In this document: one piece after another, positions 27,187 to 35,849 of the stretch
Layout of the letters: the number at the start of each line of letters is the position of its first letter
Position numbering within the stretch: the first letter of the stretch is position 1
NCBI GenBank assembly: GCA_016860985.1
Contig: BOKM01000001.1
Location: forward strand, 463,462 to 527,461
DNA from: Patescibacteria group bacterium
GTDB lineage: Bacteria; Patescibacteriota; Dojkabacteria; GCA-002793355
Direction of reading: 5' to 3'
DNA length: 64,000 bases
Made by a program: the position numbers and the translations under genes
Notes under the pieces: model-generated
Databases searched by the model: none
The model's input: the letters and a program-made list of their open reading frames with translations, nothing else
What the model was told of the DNA's origin: nothing

Positions 27187-28170
27187 ATGAAACCAGTTAT
27201 CACTACACAAAACCTCAAAAAGGATTTTCTTGTTCCTGCACGACAGTCATTTTGGCAAAGACTGTTTACTCCAAAATACGAAGAAGTCACGGCTGTCGAC
27301 AACATTTCTTTTCACATTATGGAAGGCGAATCTGTTGCACTTCTTGGACCGAATGGCGCGGGCAAAACAACAACCATGAAAATGATGACCGGCATACTTT
27401 ATCCAACAGCCGGAAGTTGCAATGTGCTTGGATACAACCCTAATAAACGCAACCCTGCGATGCTTAAAAACATTGGCTTTGTAATGGGCAATAAAAGCAC
27501 GCTTTCTATGGACCTTTCCCCTATGCAAAACTACGAGCTTAACAGAGTTATTTACGATATTGATGCCACAAGATTTTATAACACGATAGACGAACTTGGG
27601 GAACTTCTTGAGGTAAAAGATCATTTATATAAACAAACACGAAAACTCTCGCTTGGACAAAGAATGAAAGCGGAAATGATAAACTCGATACTACACAGAC
27701 CGAAGATTCTCTTTCTAGACGAACCGACCATTGGACTAGACATCTCCTCTCAGAACAATATTCGCACATTTCTTAAAAAAGTTAACAAAGAGCTAGGAAC
27801 GACGATTATCCTTACGAGCCACAATATGGAAGATATTTCACAAGTTTCTGAAAGAGTACTTATAATCAATCAAGGCAAACTCGTTTACGACAACTCTCTC
27901 GAAATGCTGAAGCGGACTTTTTCAACAAAAAAATACATCAAGGTTATTGTTACAACAAAAGGAAACTCCCGCTCCTTTGAGAAAAAGTTTAAGCCATTTG
28001 GTGACATTGTCAGCTCTGGTAAAGATTTCGTGACGCTCGAAATTGATAAAAACAGACAGGCACCCATTATTGCAGCAATACTCAACATGGAGCACGTTCA
28101 TGATATCGATATTGAGGGGGTACCACTCACAAAAATCATAGAATCGATTTTCAAGAAAAAACTTGATTAG
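27187..28170 (+). CDS. ABC transporter ATP-binding protein
   Basis: Walker A 'GPNGAGKTTT', signature 'LSLGQRMK' and Walker B 'ILFLDEPTIGLD'. Confidence 0.92.
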   Translation: MKPVITTQNLKKDFLVPARQSFWQRLFTPKYEEVTAVDNISFHIMEGESVALLGPNGAGKTTTMKMMTGILYPTAGSCNVLGYNPNKRNPAMLKNIGFVMGNKSTLSMDLSPMQNYELNRVIYDIDATRFYNTIDELGELLEVKDHLYKQTRKLSLGQRMKAEMINSILHRPKILFLDEPTIGLDISSQNNIRTFLKKVNKELGTTIILTSHNMEDISQVSERVLIINQGKLVYDNSLEMLKRTFSTKKYIKVIVTTKGNSRSFEKKFKPFGDIVSSGKDFVTLEIDKNRQAPIIAAILNMEHVHDIDIEGVPLTKIIESIFKKKLD

Positions 28171-28178
28171 GTTACGTA

Positions 28179-29060
28179 TTACTTTGTTACTTGCAGTGTT
28201 TTCATAACCGAATCACAAATGGCGATGTACGACGCATCGATTGAACAATACGCACTAAACCAAATGTCCTTATTGTAGGTTAAGGCGGGTGAAGCACAAG
28301 GCGATGTAGTCGCATCAGAAATAACAGGTTCTGTGCACTCTTTCCCACTCGAGAGAGAAGAAGGCGTCACATACGCAACAGCAAAGCTGTAGCTACCCGA
28401 ATTACCAAATACCTTTTTAGAACGAACTCTTTTTAAATCCTTAATTGATGAACTCACATTGGTTAGTGATGAGTAACCCTGAATTTCATACAACTCATAA
28501 GGGAGGTTAAACGCCATAAAGGCCTTCGTTCCCTTTCGTAAGAGAATGCCATTCCAGGTCCCAATTTTTGTTTCTGATACCGTCACATCTGCCGGCAATT
28601 TCATAGTAAAAGTGAGTGTAAAACTACCCTCCCACTCTTTAATTTTGGCCGTCTTTGTTACTGTAGATGCGGTGGCAGTCGGGGTTGGCGTTGAGGTTGC
28701 AGAAGGTGTTGGAGATTCTGTTGGTGTATCAGAAACCGAAGGAGTCACACTCTCGGTTGGGGTAGGTGTGACGGTCACAGTAGGAGTTGGAGTCAATGGT
28801 GTTGGTGTTTTTTGTTTGCCGGCATAAAAGCCCAAAGCGGAGGCGAGTGCAATAAGCGCGACTACTAGGCCAATTATCAATCCTTTTGATAATGACTGCG
28901 ATTGCACTTGAGGCTCAATCTGCGGCTGGCTATCTAACTGAACGCCTTCTGCATTTGCTTCAGGCATATTTGTTGGCTGTGAAATTTCCATAATGAAGAG
29001 TAGCGCGAATTTTCGAATCTGTAAAATGAAATGCCTCTGGCGAAAATTCGCGCAAAACAT
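28179..29060 (-). CDS. Membrane-anchored surface protein with Thr/Pro-rich linker
   Basis: TM segment 'LIIGLVVALIALASALGFYAG', then 'TPTPLTPTPTVTVTPTPTESVTPS...STPTPTATAS', then a ~150-aa globular C-terminal domain. An alternative start is ATG 28991. Confidence 0.65.
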   Translation of the reverse strand: MFCANFRQRHFILQIRKFALLFIMEISQPTNMPEANAEGVQLDSQPQIEPQVQSQSLSKGLIIGLVVALIALASALGFYAGKQKTPTPLTPTPTVTVTPTPTESVTPSVSDTPTESPTPSATSTPTPTATASTVTKTAKIKEWEGSFTLTFTMKLPADVTVSETKIGTWNGILLRKGTKAFMAFNLPYELYEIQGYSSLTNVSSSIKDLKRVRSKKVFGNSGSYSFAVAYVTPSSLSSGKECTEPVISDATTSPCASPALTYNKDIWFSAYCSIDASYIAICDSVMKTLQVTK

Positions 29061-29072
29061 GTATAATCTACC

Positions 29073-30425
29073 ATGTCAAACTTATCAGTAGACGAGCGAA
29101 TTGCTCTCATAAAATCCATCACCGAAAATGGTGGAGAGTTCATCGGCGAAGATGAACTAGAAAAGGTCCTTACCTCTGGAGAGCAACTCTATACGTACGA
29201 TGGGTTCGAACCCTCTGGCCAAATGCATATTGCACAAGGAATTATCCGCGCAATTAACGTTAATAAGATGATTGACGCTGGCTTCACTTTTAGAATGTGG
29301 GTAGCTGACTGGTTCGGTTATTTGAATAACAAAATGGGCGGCGATTTAGAGAAAATAAAAACTGTTGGTCGCTATTTTGTTGAGATTTGGAAAGCAAGCG
29401 GCATGAATCTTGATAAAACAGAATTCCTTTGGACCTCAGATTTTGTTGGCCAGCGATGGTACTGGGAATTGGTTATGAAGATAGCCAAGGCAGTTACCCT
29501 CAAACGTGCGCTTAGAACAACTGCAATTATGGGGCGGACCGAAAGTGACGATCTTTCCGCTGGTCAAATCTTTTATCCGTGCATGCAAATTGCTGACATA
29601 TTCGGTGTTATGAATGCGCAAGTTACACAACTTGGGCTTGATCAGCAAAAAGTAAACGTTCTTGCTCGAGAAATAGGAGAAGAATTAGGTTACTGGAAAC
29701 CCGTAATTGTGAGCCATGGTATGTTGCAAGGATTGCAAAAGCCAGAAGACAAAAAACGAACAGTTATCTCAACCAACAATTTTATGGCTCAAGAACTGAT
29801 TTACAAAGGGAGTAAAGCTTCTATTGTAGTTCAAGGAAGAGAAGAAAACTGCATAACCCTCAGTTTTGTTAATACAAAACAAGACGTACTACGAACCGAA
29901 GATGTGTCCACAGAAAAAAGTATAAAGTACTTCGATTTGCAGATTACATTACACACCAATGGCGAGCTCGAAATACTCGAGAATACTCCAGAAAGAATGA
30001 TATCCATGAAGATGAGTAAATCAAAACCAGACACCGCCATCTTTATGACCGACACCTCAGAAGAAGTTCAGCGCAAAATTATGAAGGCATACTGTCCAGA
30101 AGGAATAATCGACGACAATCCCGTACTTGATTATTGCAAACAAATCATTTTTAACGCTCACTATCTAAAACGCGAAAATCCACTTCTGAAAGACGGGGTG
30201 TTCGAGATTAAGCGAAAACCAGAGTTCGGTGGAGATATCACCTTTGCATCGTATCAGGTACTTGAAAAAGCATATGCAGATAAACAAGTGTACCCACTTG
30301 ATCTAAAGAATACCGTTATTGAGTACTTGAATGCATTATTGCAACCAGTACGAGATCATTTTGAAAACAATGCCGAGGCAAAAGCACTTCTTGAACAGGT
30401 GCGTAGCTTTCAAGTATCACGCTAA
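29073..30425 (+). CDS. tyrS: Tyrosyl-tRNA synthetase, archaeal/eukaryotic type, with ~90-aa insertion before KMSKS
   Basis: It aligns by eye with M. jannaschii TyrRS: 'YDGFEPSGQMHIAQG', 'IFYPCMQIADIF', 'KMSKSKP', 'KAYCPEG..DNPVL' and 'KRKPEFGGD'. TATAAT lies 5 nt upstream of the ATG. Confidence 0.9.
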   Translation: MSNLSVDERIALIKSITENGGEFIGEDELEKVLTSGEQLYTYDGFEPSGQMHIAQGIIRAINVNKMIDAGFTFRMWVADWFGYLNNKMGGDLEKIKTVGRYFVEIWKASGMNLDKTEFLWTSDFVGQRWYWELVMKIAKAVTLKRALRTTAIMGRTESDDLSAGQIFYPCMQIADIFGVMNAQVTQLGLDQQKVNVLAREIGEELGYWKPVIVSHGMLQGLQKPEDKKRTVISTNNFMAQELIYKGSKASIVVQGREENCITLSFVNTKQDVLRTEDVSTEKSIKYFDLQITLHTNGELEILENTPERMISMKMSKSKPDTAIFMTDTSEEVQRKIMKAYCPEGIIDDNPVLDYCKQIIFNAHYLKRENPLLKDGVFEIKRKPEFGGDITFASYQVLEKAYADKQVYPLDLKNTVIEYLNALLQPVRDHFENNAEAKALLEQVRSFQVSR

Positions 30426-31180
30426 TCCTGTGGATAGATGCATTCGAGTATCGTTGCAAAAAGTACTTTGGTCATGGGACTGTGCAATAAGGGAAGTACG
30501 TCTTCTAACCTGCCATTTCCAACAATAGGGCCATTATCCTCGCATAATCGGGGGTAAAGTATTTCGCACCGTTGCATTGCTGCAACTTCATCTTGCGCCA
30601 CATCTTTTTGATCGTACGCGGAGAATAGCTCCATCACATTTGATGTGCGCAAAAGATTATTAAGTCCAACTGCGAATTTGTCTCCCTGCTTTGCTTTCTC
30701 ACGTACTTCCTGTTGCAACGACTGCTGAACGAACATCGCCCGCGAACTAACAGAATCTCTTAGAGCAATCATTAATAATTTACCTTTTTTTTCGTCTACA
30801 AATCTTTTTGGGTGTTCGGGTAGAAACAACTGCCCCGCAAGTTTGTCGATATAAGCCAGAGGAGCTCCCATTATTCGTAGCTCATCTTTTAGGTTGGAAT
30901 TCCATGATTTAGGCAATAACAAGACAATATCAAACAACACTCCTACTCGTCCTCGGGTTCTTAGGAGTTTATCTAGTTCATACTTAACTCCCCAACTCAA
31001 TTTCTTCTTTTGTGTTTCCTGGCTGAAAATTCTTTGAAAACTCGTTAAGGTAGGCACAGAATCCCATTTTGTAAGTACGCCCTTTGTATCCATTTCCGCC
31101 GCAATGGTTTGAATATCACTTAAGGCGCCACAATCCGAGGCATATCCTCTTGCGCGCTCGTCTCGGTAATAATGAAACAT
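30422..31180 (-). CDS. Hypothetical protein
   Basis: 252-aa ORF filling the tyrS-uvrB gap. No recognisable motif. Confidence 0.5.
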   Translation of the reverse strand: MFHYYRDERARGYASDCGALSDIQTIAAEMDTKGVLTKWDSVPTLTSFQRIFSQETQKKKLSWGVKYELDKLLRTRGRVGVLFDIVLLLPKSWNSNLKDELRIMGAPLAYIDKLAGQLFLPEHPKRFVDEKKGKLLMIALRDSVSSRAMFVQQSLQQEVREKAKQGDKFAVGLNNLLRTSNVMELFSAYDQKDVAQDEVAAMQRCEILYPRLCEDNGPIVGNGRLEDVLPLLHSPMTKVLFATILECIYPQD

Positions 31181-31202
31181 TACACAATTATACTATAAGC
31201 CA

Positions 31203-33257
31203 CTAGCTTTTAAGATTTTTTATAAGTTCACGTAGTTCAATTGCTTTTTCAAAATTCAGGGACATCGCTTCTTTCTTCATCTCTTTTGTTAACCAATCAA
31301 TTGTGGATTTTTGCTCTTTTTTGGGCATAGTGCGGTACGAAGCAGTCATAATTTCGATATCTTTCCCAAGCATTGTATGGATCTTCTTCTCGCGTGCTAC
31401 ATCTGTTTCTTCTTCAATTTTTGGCAATATACGTTCTCTGATTGCTTTGTGGATAGATTGTGGAGTAATTCCCATCTTCTGGTTATACTCTAACTGTGCC
31501 TTTCGGCGTCTTTCTACTTCAAAGAGCGCTTCTTGCATACTGTGAGTTGTATGGTTCGCGTACAAAATGACTCGTCCTTCTACGTGCCTTGCTGCTCTCC
31601 CCATTGTTTGGATTAAACTTGTTCTGGAGCGCAAAAAACCTTCTTTATCCGCATCAAGAATTGCAACCAACGAAACTTCCGGCAAGTCCAAGCCTTCACG
31701 CAACAGGTTAATTCCTACCAAAACATCGTAATTACCTGCTCTTAGGTCAGAAAGAATATCAGTTCTGTCCATCGTATCGATATCAGAGTGCAAGTAGGTC
31801 ACCCTTACTCCACCTTCTTTTAGATACTCAGACAAGTCTTCTGCCATCCGTTTTGTCATTGTGGTAACCAGTACGCGTTCTTTTTTGGCAATTGTCGTTT
31901 TAATTTCAGTTACCAAATCCTGGATCTGATTTTCGGCAGGACGTACCTCAACAACCGGATCAACGATGCCTGTAGGTCTAATGAGTTGCTCTGCAACGTT
32001 CTCTTTTCCTGCTTTTTCCATTTCATATTCTTCCGGTGTTGCCGAGAGAAACACTGTATACCCCATTCGGTCTTCGAATTCAGGAAACCGCAAGGGTCTG
32101 TTCTCTTTTGCCGAAGGAAGGCGAAAGCCATAGTCTATAAGATTTTGCTTTCTTGCTTGGTCACCATTGTACATGCCTCTGATCTGAGGAACAGTCATAT
32201 GTGATTCATCAATAACCAGCAAGTAGTCTTTTGGAAAATAGTCCATTAGTGAATATGGCGGGTCACCAAGCTGTCGGCCATCAAAGTAATAGGAGTAGTT
32301 TTCAATGCCTTTGCAATATCCAATTTCGCGAATCATTTCTAAATCATATTGAACCTTTTGCTTTAATCGGTGAGCTTCTATCAATTTTCCTTGAGATTCG
32401 AACTCTTTAACTCGTTTTGCCGTATCTTGTTGTATCCTTTCTATTGCTTGCTGCTGAAGTGCCTCGTCCATTACATAGTGCTTCGCGGGGTACAAGACTA
32501 CTTTTTTAATCGCTTCGCCTTCTGTTTCTAGCAACATGTCGATATAGTACGAATAGTCTGTGATAACTGCTCCATCTATTGGGTTAAATAGCTCTAAAGA
32601 AGAAACCTCGTCACCCAAGTATGTGACTCGAACACCAATATCTGCATATGAAATGTAAATATCAACAGAATTACCCCTAATTCGAAAGGTTCCTCTTTTA
32701 AAGTCGATATCGTTTCGTTCATAATACAAGTTGACTAACTGTGCTTGCAGCTTTTGTGGACCATTTCCTTTTCCAACTTCAACCAGTGCCATCGCATTTT
32801 TATACGTTTTTGGTGAACCAAGGTTGTAAATTGCCGATACTGACGCGATAACAATTGCATCCTCTCTTGTCATTAATGCAGTAGTTGCAGCCAGTCGGAG
32901 TTTATCAATTTCTTCATTAATATCCGAGTCTTTTTCAATATACAAGTCACGCTGAGGAATATACGCCTCTGGTTGATAGTAGTCGTAGTAACTAACGAAG
33001 TAATGAACAGCATTTTTAGGAAAAAACTCTTTAAACTCTTGGTACAACTGCGCCGCGAGTGTCTTGTTGTGAGAAATAATCAGGGTCGGTTTTTGAACAC
33101 GCTGAATAAGATTTGCCACTGTAAAGGTTTTTCCGCTACCAGTCACTCCGAGTAATACTTGTGAATGTTGACCGTTACCGACTCCTGCAACTAGTTTTTC
33201 TATTGCCGTAGGCTGGTCACCCATCGGACTATATTGTGCAGAGAGTTGGAACTTCAT
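31203..33257 (-). CDS. uvrB: Excinuclease ABC subunit B
   Basis: 'GDQPTAIEKL', 'LLGVTGSGKTFT', helicase motifs and a C-terminal UVR motif. 684 aa. Confidence 0.97.
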   Translation of the reverse strand: MKFQLSAQYSPMGDQPTAIEKLVAGVGNGQHSQVLLGVTGSGKTFTVANLIQRVQKPTLIISHNKTLAAQLYQEFKEFFPKNAVHYFVSYYDYYQPEAYIPQRDLYIEKDSDINEEIDKLRLAATTALMTREDAIVIASVSAIYNLGSPKTYKNAMALVEVGKGNGPQKLQAQLVNLYYERNDIDFKRGTFRIRGNSVDIYISYADIGVRVTYLGDEVSSLELFNPIDGAVITDYSYYIDMLLETEGEAIKKVVLYPAKHYVMDEALQQQAIERIQQDTAKRVKEFESQGKLIEAHRLKQKVQYDLEMIREIGYCKGIENYSYYFDGRQLGDPPYSLMDYFPKDYLLVIDESHMTVPQIRGMYNGDQARKQNLIDYGFRLPSAKENRPLRFPEFEDRMGYTVFLSATPEEYEMEKAGKENVAEQLIRPTGIVDPVVEVRPAENQIQDLVTEIKTTIAKKERVLVTTMTKRMAEDLSEYLKEGGVRVTYLHSDIDTMDRTDILSDLRAGNYDVLVGINLLREGLDLPEVSLVAILDADKEGFLRSRTSLIQTMGRAARHVEGRVILYANHTTHSMQEALFEVERRRKAQLEYNQKMGITPQSIHKAIRERILPKIEEETDVAREKKIHTMLGKDIEIMTASYRTMPKKEQKSTIDWLTKEMKKEAMSLNFEKAIELRELIKNLKS

Positions 33258-33288
33258 ACTGAATTATAGCGCAAAAGTGGGAATTTCC

Positions 33289-34050
33289 CTATTTTTTGCC
33301 CGTGTACTTTACTATCTTTCCTGTTCTCCACGCTTCTTCGAGATCCTTTGCACCAGTCATGCCACTACCTATATGTGCCATCTCTTGAGCTTCTCTGTAT
33401 CCTTGACGAGCTACGAGCCCAACTGCCAATCCACCTACAATACCCAATGGATTTAAACCAGTAGCCAACCCTCCGATGATTCCAGATAACATGACAAAGT
33501 CAGTGTCTGCACGCAATTTATCATGCTGAAATAGTGTTAATACCACCACACCAAACCTCTCCACTCCTGATTCAATCCGTTCCTTAATCGTTGGACGTGG
33601 CGCACTTTTCTGGATCCGACCTGTTTTTAGTGCTCTTGCGAGCATTGTAATTCCTGAAACATTAATATCTCTATCGTCTGGCCGAGTTATTTCGCGAACA
33701 GCGTTACCAACAAGAGGAGACACAAGAATCCCAAGCGCCGCCCCAGTTATTGGATTCGACGAAATAAGCCCAAGTGCCACTGCGGAAGCGAGATCTTCAT
33801 GAACATTCCGATTCGTAAGCATAGTCAAAAAAACGGCACCCGCTTTTTCTAATTGGTCAACAATGGCTTTTCCAACTTTGGTGGAGTCTAGTTTTTTAAC
33901 CAATGGGTCCGCAAGTTCCGTCACCTTTCTCTCAAAAGCACCCATTTTCGGCTGTTTCTTGACCGGACGAGCTGCATAATGCTCGACATATTGAAATGTC
34001 CTCCCGTTCGGTGCAACCCTAACTGGTTCTTTTGAAGGTTCAGTTGCCAT
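33289..34050 (-). CDS. Hypothetical protein with internal duplication and glycine-zipper hydrophobic segments
   Basis: Two ~80-aa halves share the pattern LT(M/L)..., G-rich 'GxxxG' stretches and a terminal 'L...TG(R/K)I.K'. No family recognised. Confidence 0.5.
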   Translation of the reverse strand: MATEPSKEPVRVAPNGRTFQYVEHYAARPVKKQPKMGAFERKVTELADPLVKKLDSTKVGKAIVDQLEKAGAVFLTMLTNRNVHEDLASAVALGLISSNPITGAALGILVSPLVGNAVREITRPDDRDINVSGITMLARALKTGRIQKSAPRPTIKERIESGVERFGVVVLTLFQHDKLRADTDFVMLSGIIGGLATGLNPLGIVGGLAVGLVARQGYREAQEMAHIGSGMTGAKDLEEAWRTGKIVKYTGKK

Positions 34051-34055
34051 ATTTA

Positions 34056-34403
34056 CTATTCTTCTTTTAATGCAAGATAAATTTCATGTCCCTTTTTTAC
34101 TAACTCTTCTTCAAGTGCTTGGGCATAGGAAACCTGCTCTTCTGCAGTGAGTGTCTTGAACTTTTGTGCAAAGACCTCAGCTACTAAGGAAGTTTGTTTA
34201 TCAGTATCTTTTGTTTGTTCAAGAATCTTTTCAACTAGTTGATATTCCTGAGGTGTGTTAAAAAGCATTTTTTCTGCATAAACAAACAGATGCATAATCA
34301 AGCGCTTTGTAATTTCTTCATATTCTTCAGGAAGTAAATCAGGCAAAAGCTTTTCTAAGGCCTGTCGGATTACTTCTGCAGAAATAACAGAGGTAGTTTC
34401 CAT
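34056..34403 (-). CDS. Small acidic helical hypothetical protein
   Basis: 115-aa ORF on the same strand, 5 nt from its neighbour. No motif recognised. Confidence 0.45.
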   Translation of the reverse strand: METTSVISAEVIRQALEKLLPDLLPEEYEEITKRLIMHLFVYAEKMLFNTPQEYQLVEKILEQTKDTDKQTSLVAEVFAQKFKTLTAEEQVSYAQALEEELVKKGHEIYLALKEE

Positions 34404-34438
34404 CTGTAATTATACACCTTTAAGAGACATCGTGTCGA

Positions 34439-35812
34439 TTACCCAGCCTTCTTTGGCCTTCGAGCAACATTTACATATCGCGCTCCAACAAAAGCGAATA
34501 CTCCAATAGCATACAGCGTACCCCCAATGTATAGCAGCACATCGTCAGCAAAACCGGTTTCACTTGGAGTGTGAGTAACAGAAGGAGTTCTTGTGCCAGT
34601 TGTTGTTGGAGGTACCGTAGTTGTTGGAGGAGGGGGGAAGTTGCATGTGTAACTAGTATTGGTACAATCGTCACTTGTGTACTGACACCCAGAAGGAAGT
34701 GGAACCCTTGTACACTGAGGAGTTATCGAAGGGGTTGTTGTTCCAGTACTTGAGACTGTTGGCGTTGAGGTTGGAGTTGGGGAACCGGTGTTTGTTGGTG
34801 TCGGTGTCCTCGATGTTGTCGGAGTAGGAGTTCTTGTTGCCGTTGGACTTGGAGTACGTGTCGCTGTTGGTGAGGGAGTTCGAGTTGCTGTCGGAGTAGG
34901 AGTTCTTGTTGCGGTGGGGGTAGGGGTAACAGTATTTGTTGTTGCATCACAGTAAAAACTGCCACTCGTGCCCTTAACAACTGCTCCAGGAGCACAACAA
35001 TCTTTGATAACATCTGTAGAGGAAGCATTCAAACATTTTCTCCCAATGGCGTTAGCAACCCACTCATTTCTACAATCAAGTCCCGTCCCAAAATTTGCAC
35101 AAGAGGTATTTGAGCAAGTGTTTTTTGGATGCGAACCATAATCATTGCAATACGCCTTTGTTGGGGTTGGGACTGGGGTTGTTGGACCAATGATCACACA
35201 TGCGGTTCCGGCGCTGTTAATCACCTGCCCTGAGGGGCAACAATCAAATATTTGATCATATGTCGACCTACTTACACATTTTACATTCGATGCTCCTGAT
35301 AAAGATTTCGATGCACAATAACGGCCACTTGGGCACGTTGCATTTGTACATGAATTTTTGGCGTGATTTCCATAGCTACTGCAATACCCAGAACTTGGTG
35401 TAGGGGTGGGGGTAGGAGTTCGAGTTGGTGTTGGCGTAGCAGTTGGTGTTGTACCGGGGCAAACTCCAGAAGCAGATGGTGCTCCGTTGCGACAGCAGTC
35501 GACTATCTGATCCTGTTCTCCTATTATTCTACATTTTGTTACATACCCAGTCCCACTCAATGCACGTGATGCACATTTGTTCCCAAGATTTCCCGTTCCA
35601 AGTGCTGTAGTACACGATGTGTTATTACATGTACCTGAAGAATATGTTCCATAATTATTACAAAAGCCCGCCGCTTCCGAACCTGGCTCCCACAATTTTC
35701 TTCCTGGATCGGAAAGTAAAAAACCTGTCACGCCCAATACAATTAACCCAGCGATTGCAAAAATGATAGTTGGCAACTGTTTCATCCGATTCTTGGAGGC
35801 AAGTTTTTTCAT
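34439..35812 (-). CDS. Cys-rich repeat surface protein with Thr/Pro linkers and C-terminal membrane anchor
   Basis: N-terminal signal/TM segment, three ~65-aa modules each with 8 Cys (including a CC pair), 'TATRTPTPT' tandem repeats, a 4-Cys motif and a C-terminal TM segment 'VLLYIGGTLYAIGVFAFVG'. Confidence 0.7.
   Translation of the reverse strand: MKKLASKNRMKQLPTIIFAIAGLIVLGVTGFLLSDPGRKLWEPGSEAAGFCNNYGTYSSGTCNNTSCTTALGTGNLGNKCASRALSGTGYVTKCRIIGEQDQIVDCCRNGAPSASGVCPGTTPTATPTPTRTPTPTPTPSSGYCSSYGNHAKNSCTNATCPSGRYCASKSLSGASNVKCVSRSTYDQIFDCCPSGQVINSAGTACVIIGPTTPVPTPTKAYCNDYGSHPKNTCSNTSCANFGTGLDCRNEWVANAIGRKCLNASSTDVIKDCCAPGAVVKGTSGSFYCDATTNTVTPTPTATRTPTPTATRTPSPTATRTPSPTATRTPTPTTSRTPTPTNTGSPTPTSTPTVSSTGTTTPSITPQCTRVPLPSGCQYTSDDCTNTSYTCNFPPPPTTTVPPTTTGTRTPSVTHTPSETGFADDVLLYIGGTLYAIGVFAFVGARYVNVARRPKKAG
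34793..34925. repeat. Imperfect 24-nt coding tandem repeat (about 5 units) encoding (T/S)ATRTP(T/S)P
   Basis: The exact 24-mer tgtcggagtaggagttcttgttgc occurs at 34817-34840 and again at 34889-34912. Diverged 24-nt units lie between and flanking these copies. Confidence 0.8.
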
Positions 35813-35849
35813 ATCTACATTCTATCCCAATCGTTTTAAGACGTCAAAA

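Noticed and set aside
28640-28810. Short-period DNA repeats that might be mistaken for a CRISPR or satellite array (also 34540-34930 and 47190-47350)
   Set aside because: They are in-frame Thr/Pro-linker codon repeats inside long ORFs. There is no repeat-spacer organisation and there are no cas genes. No CRISPR array is present in the window.
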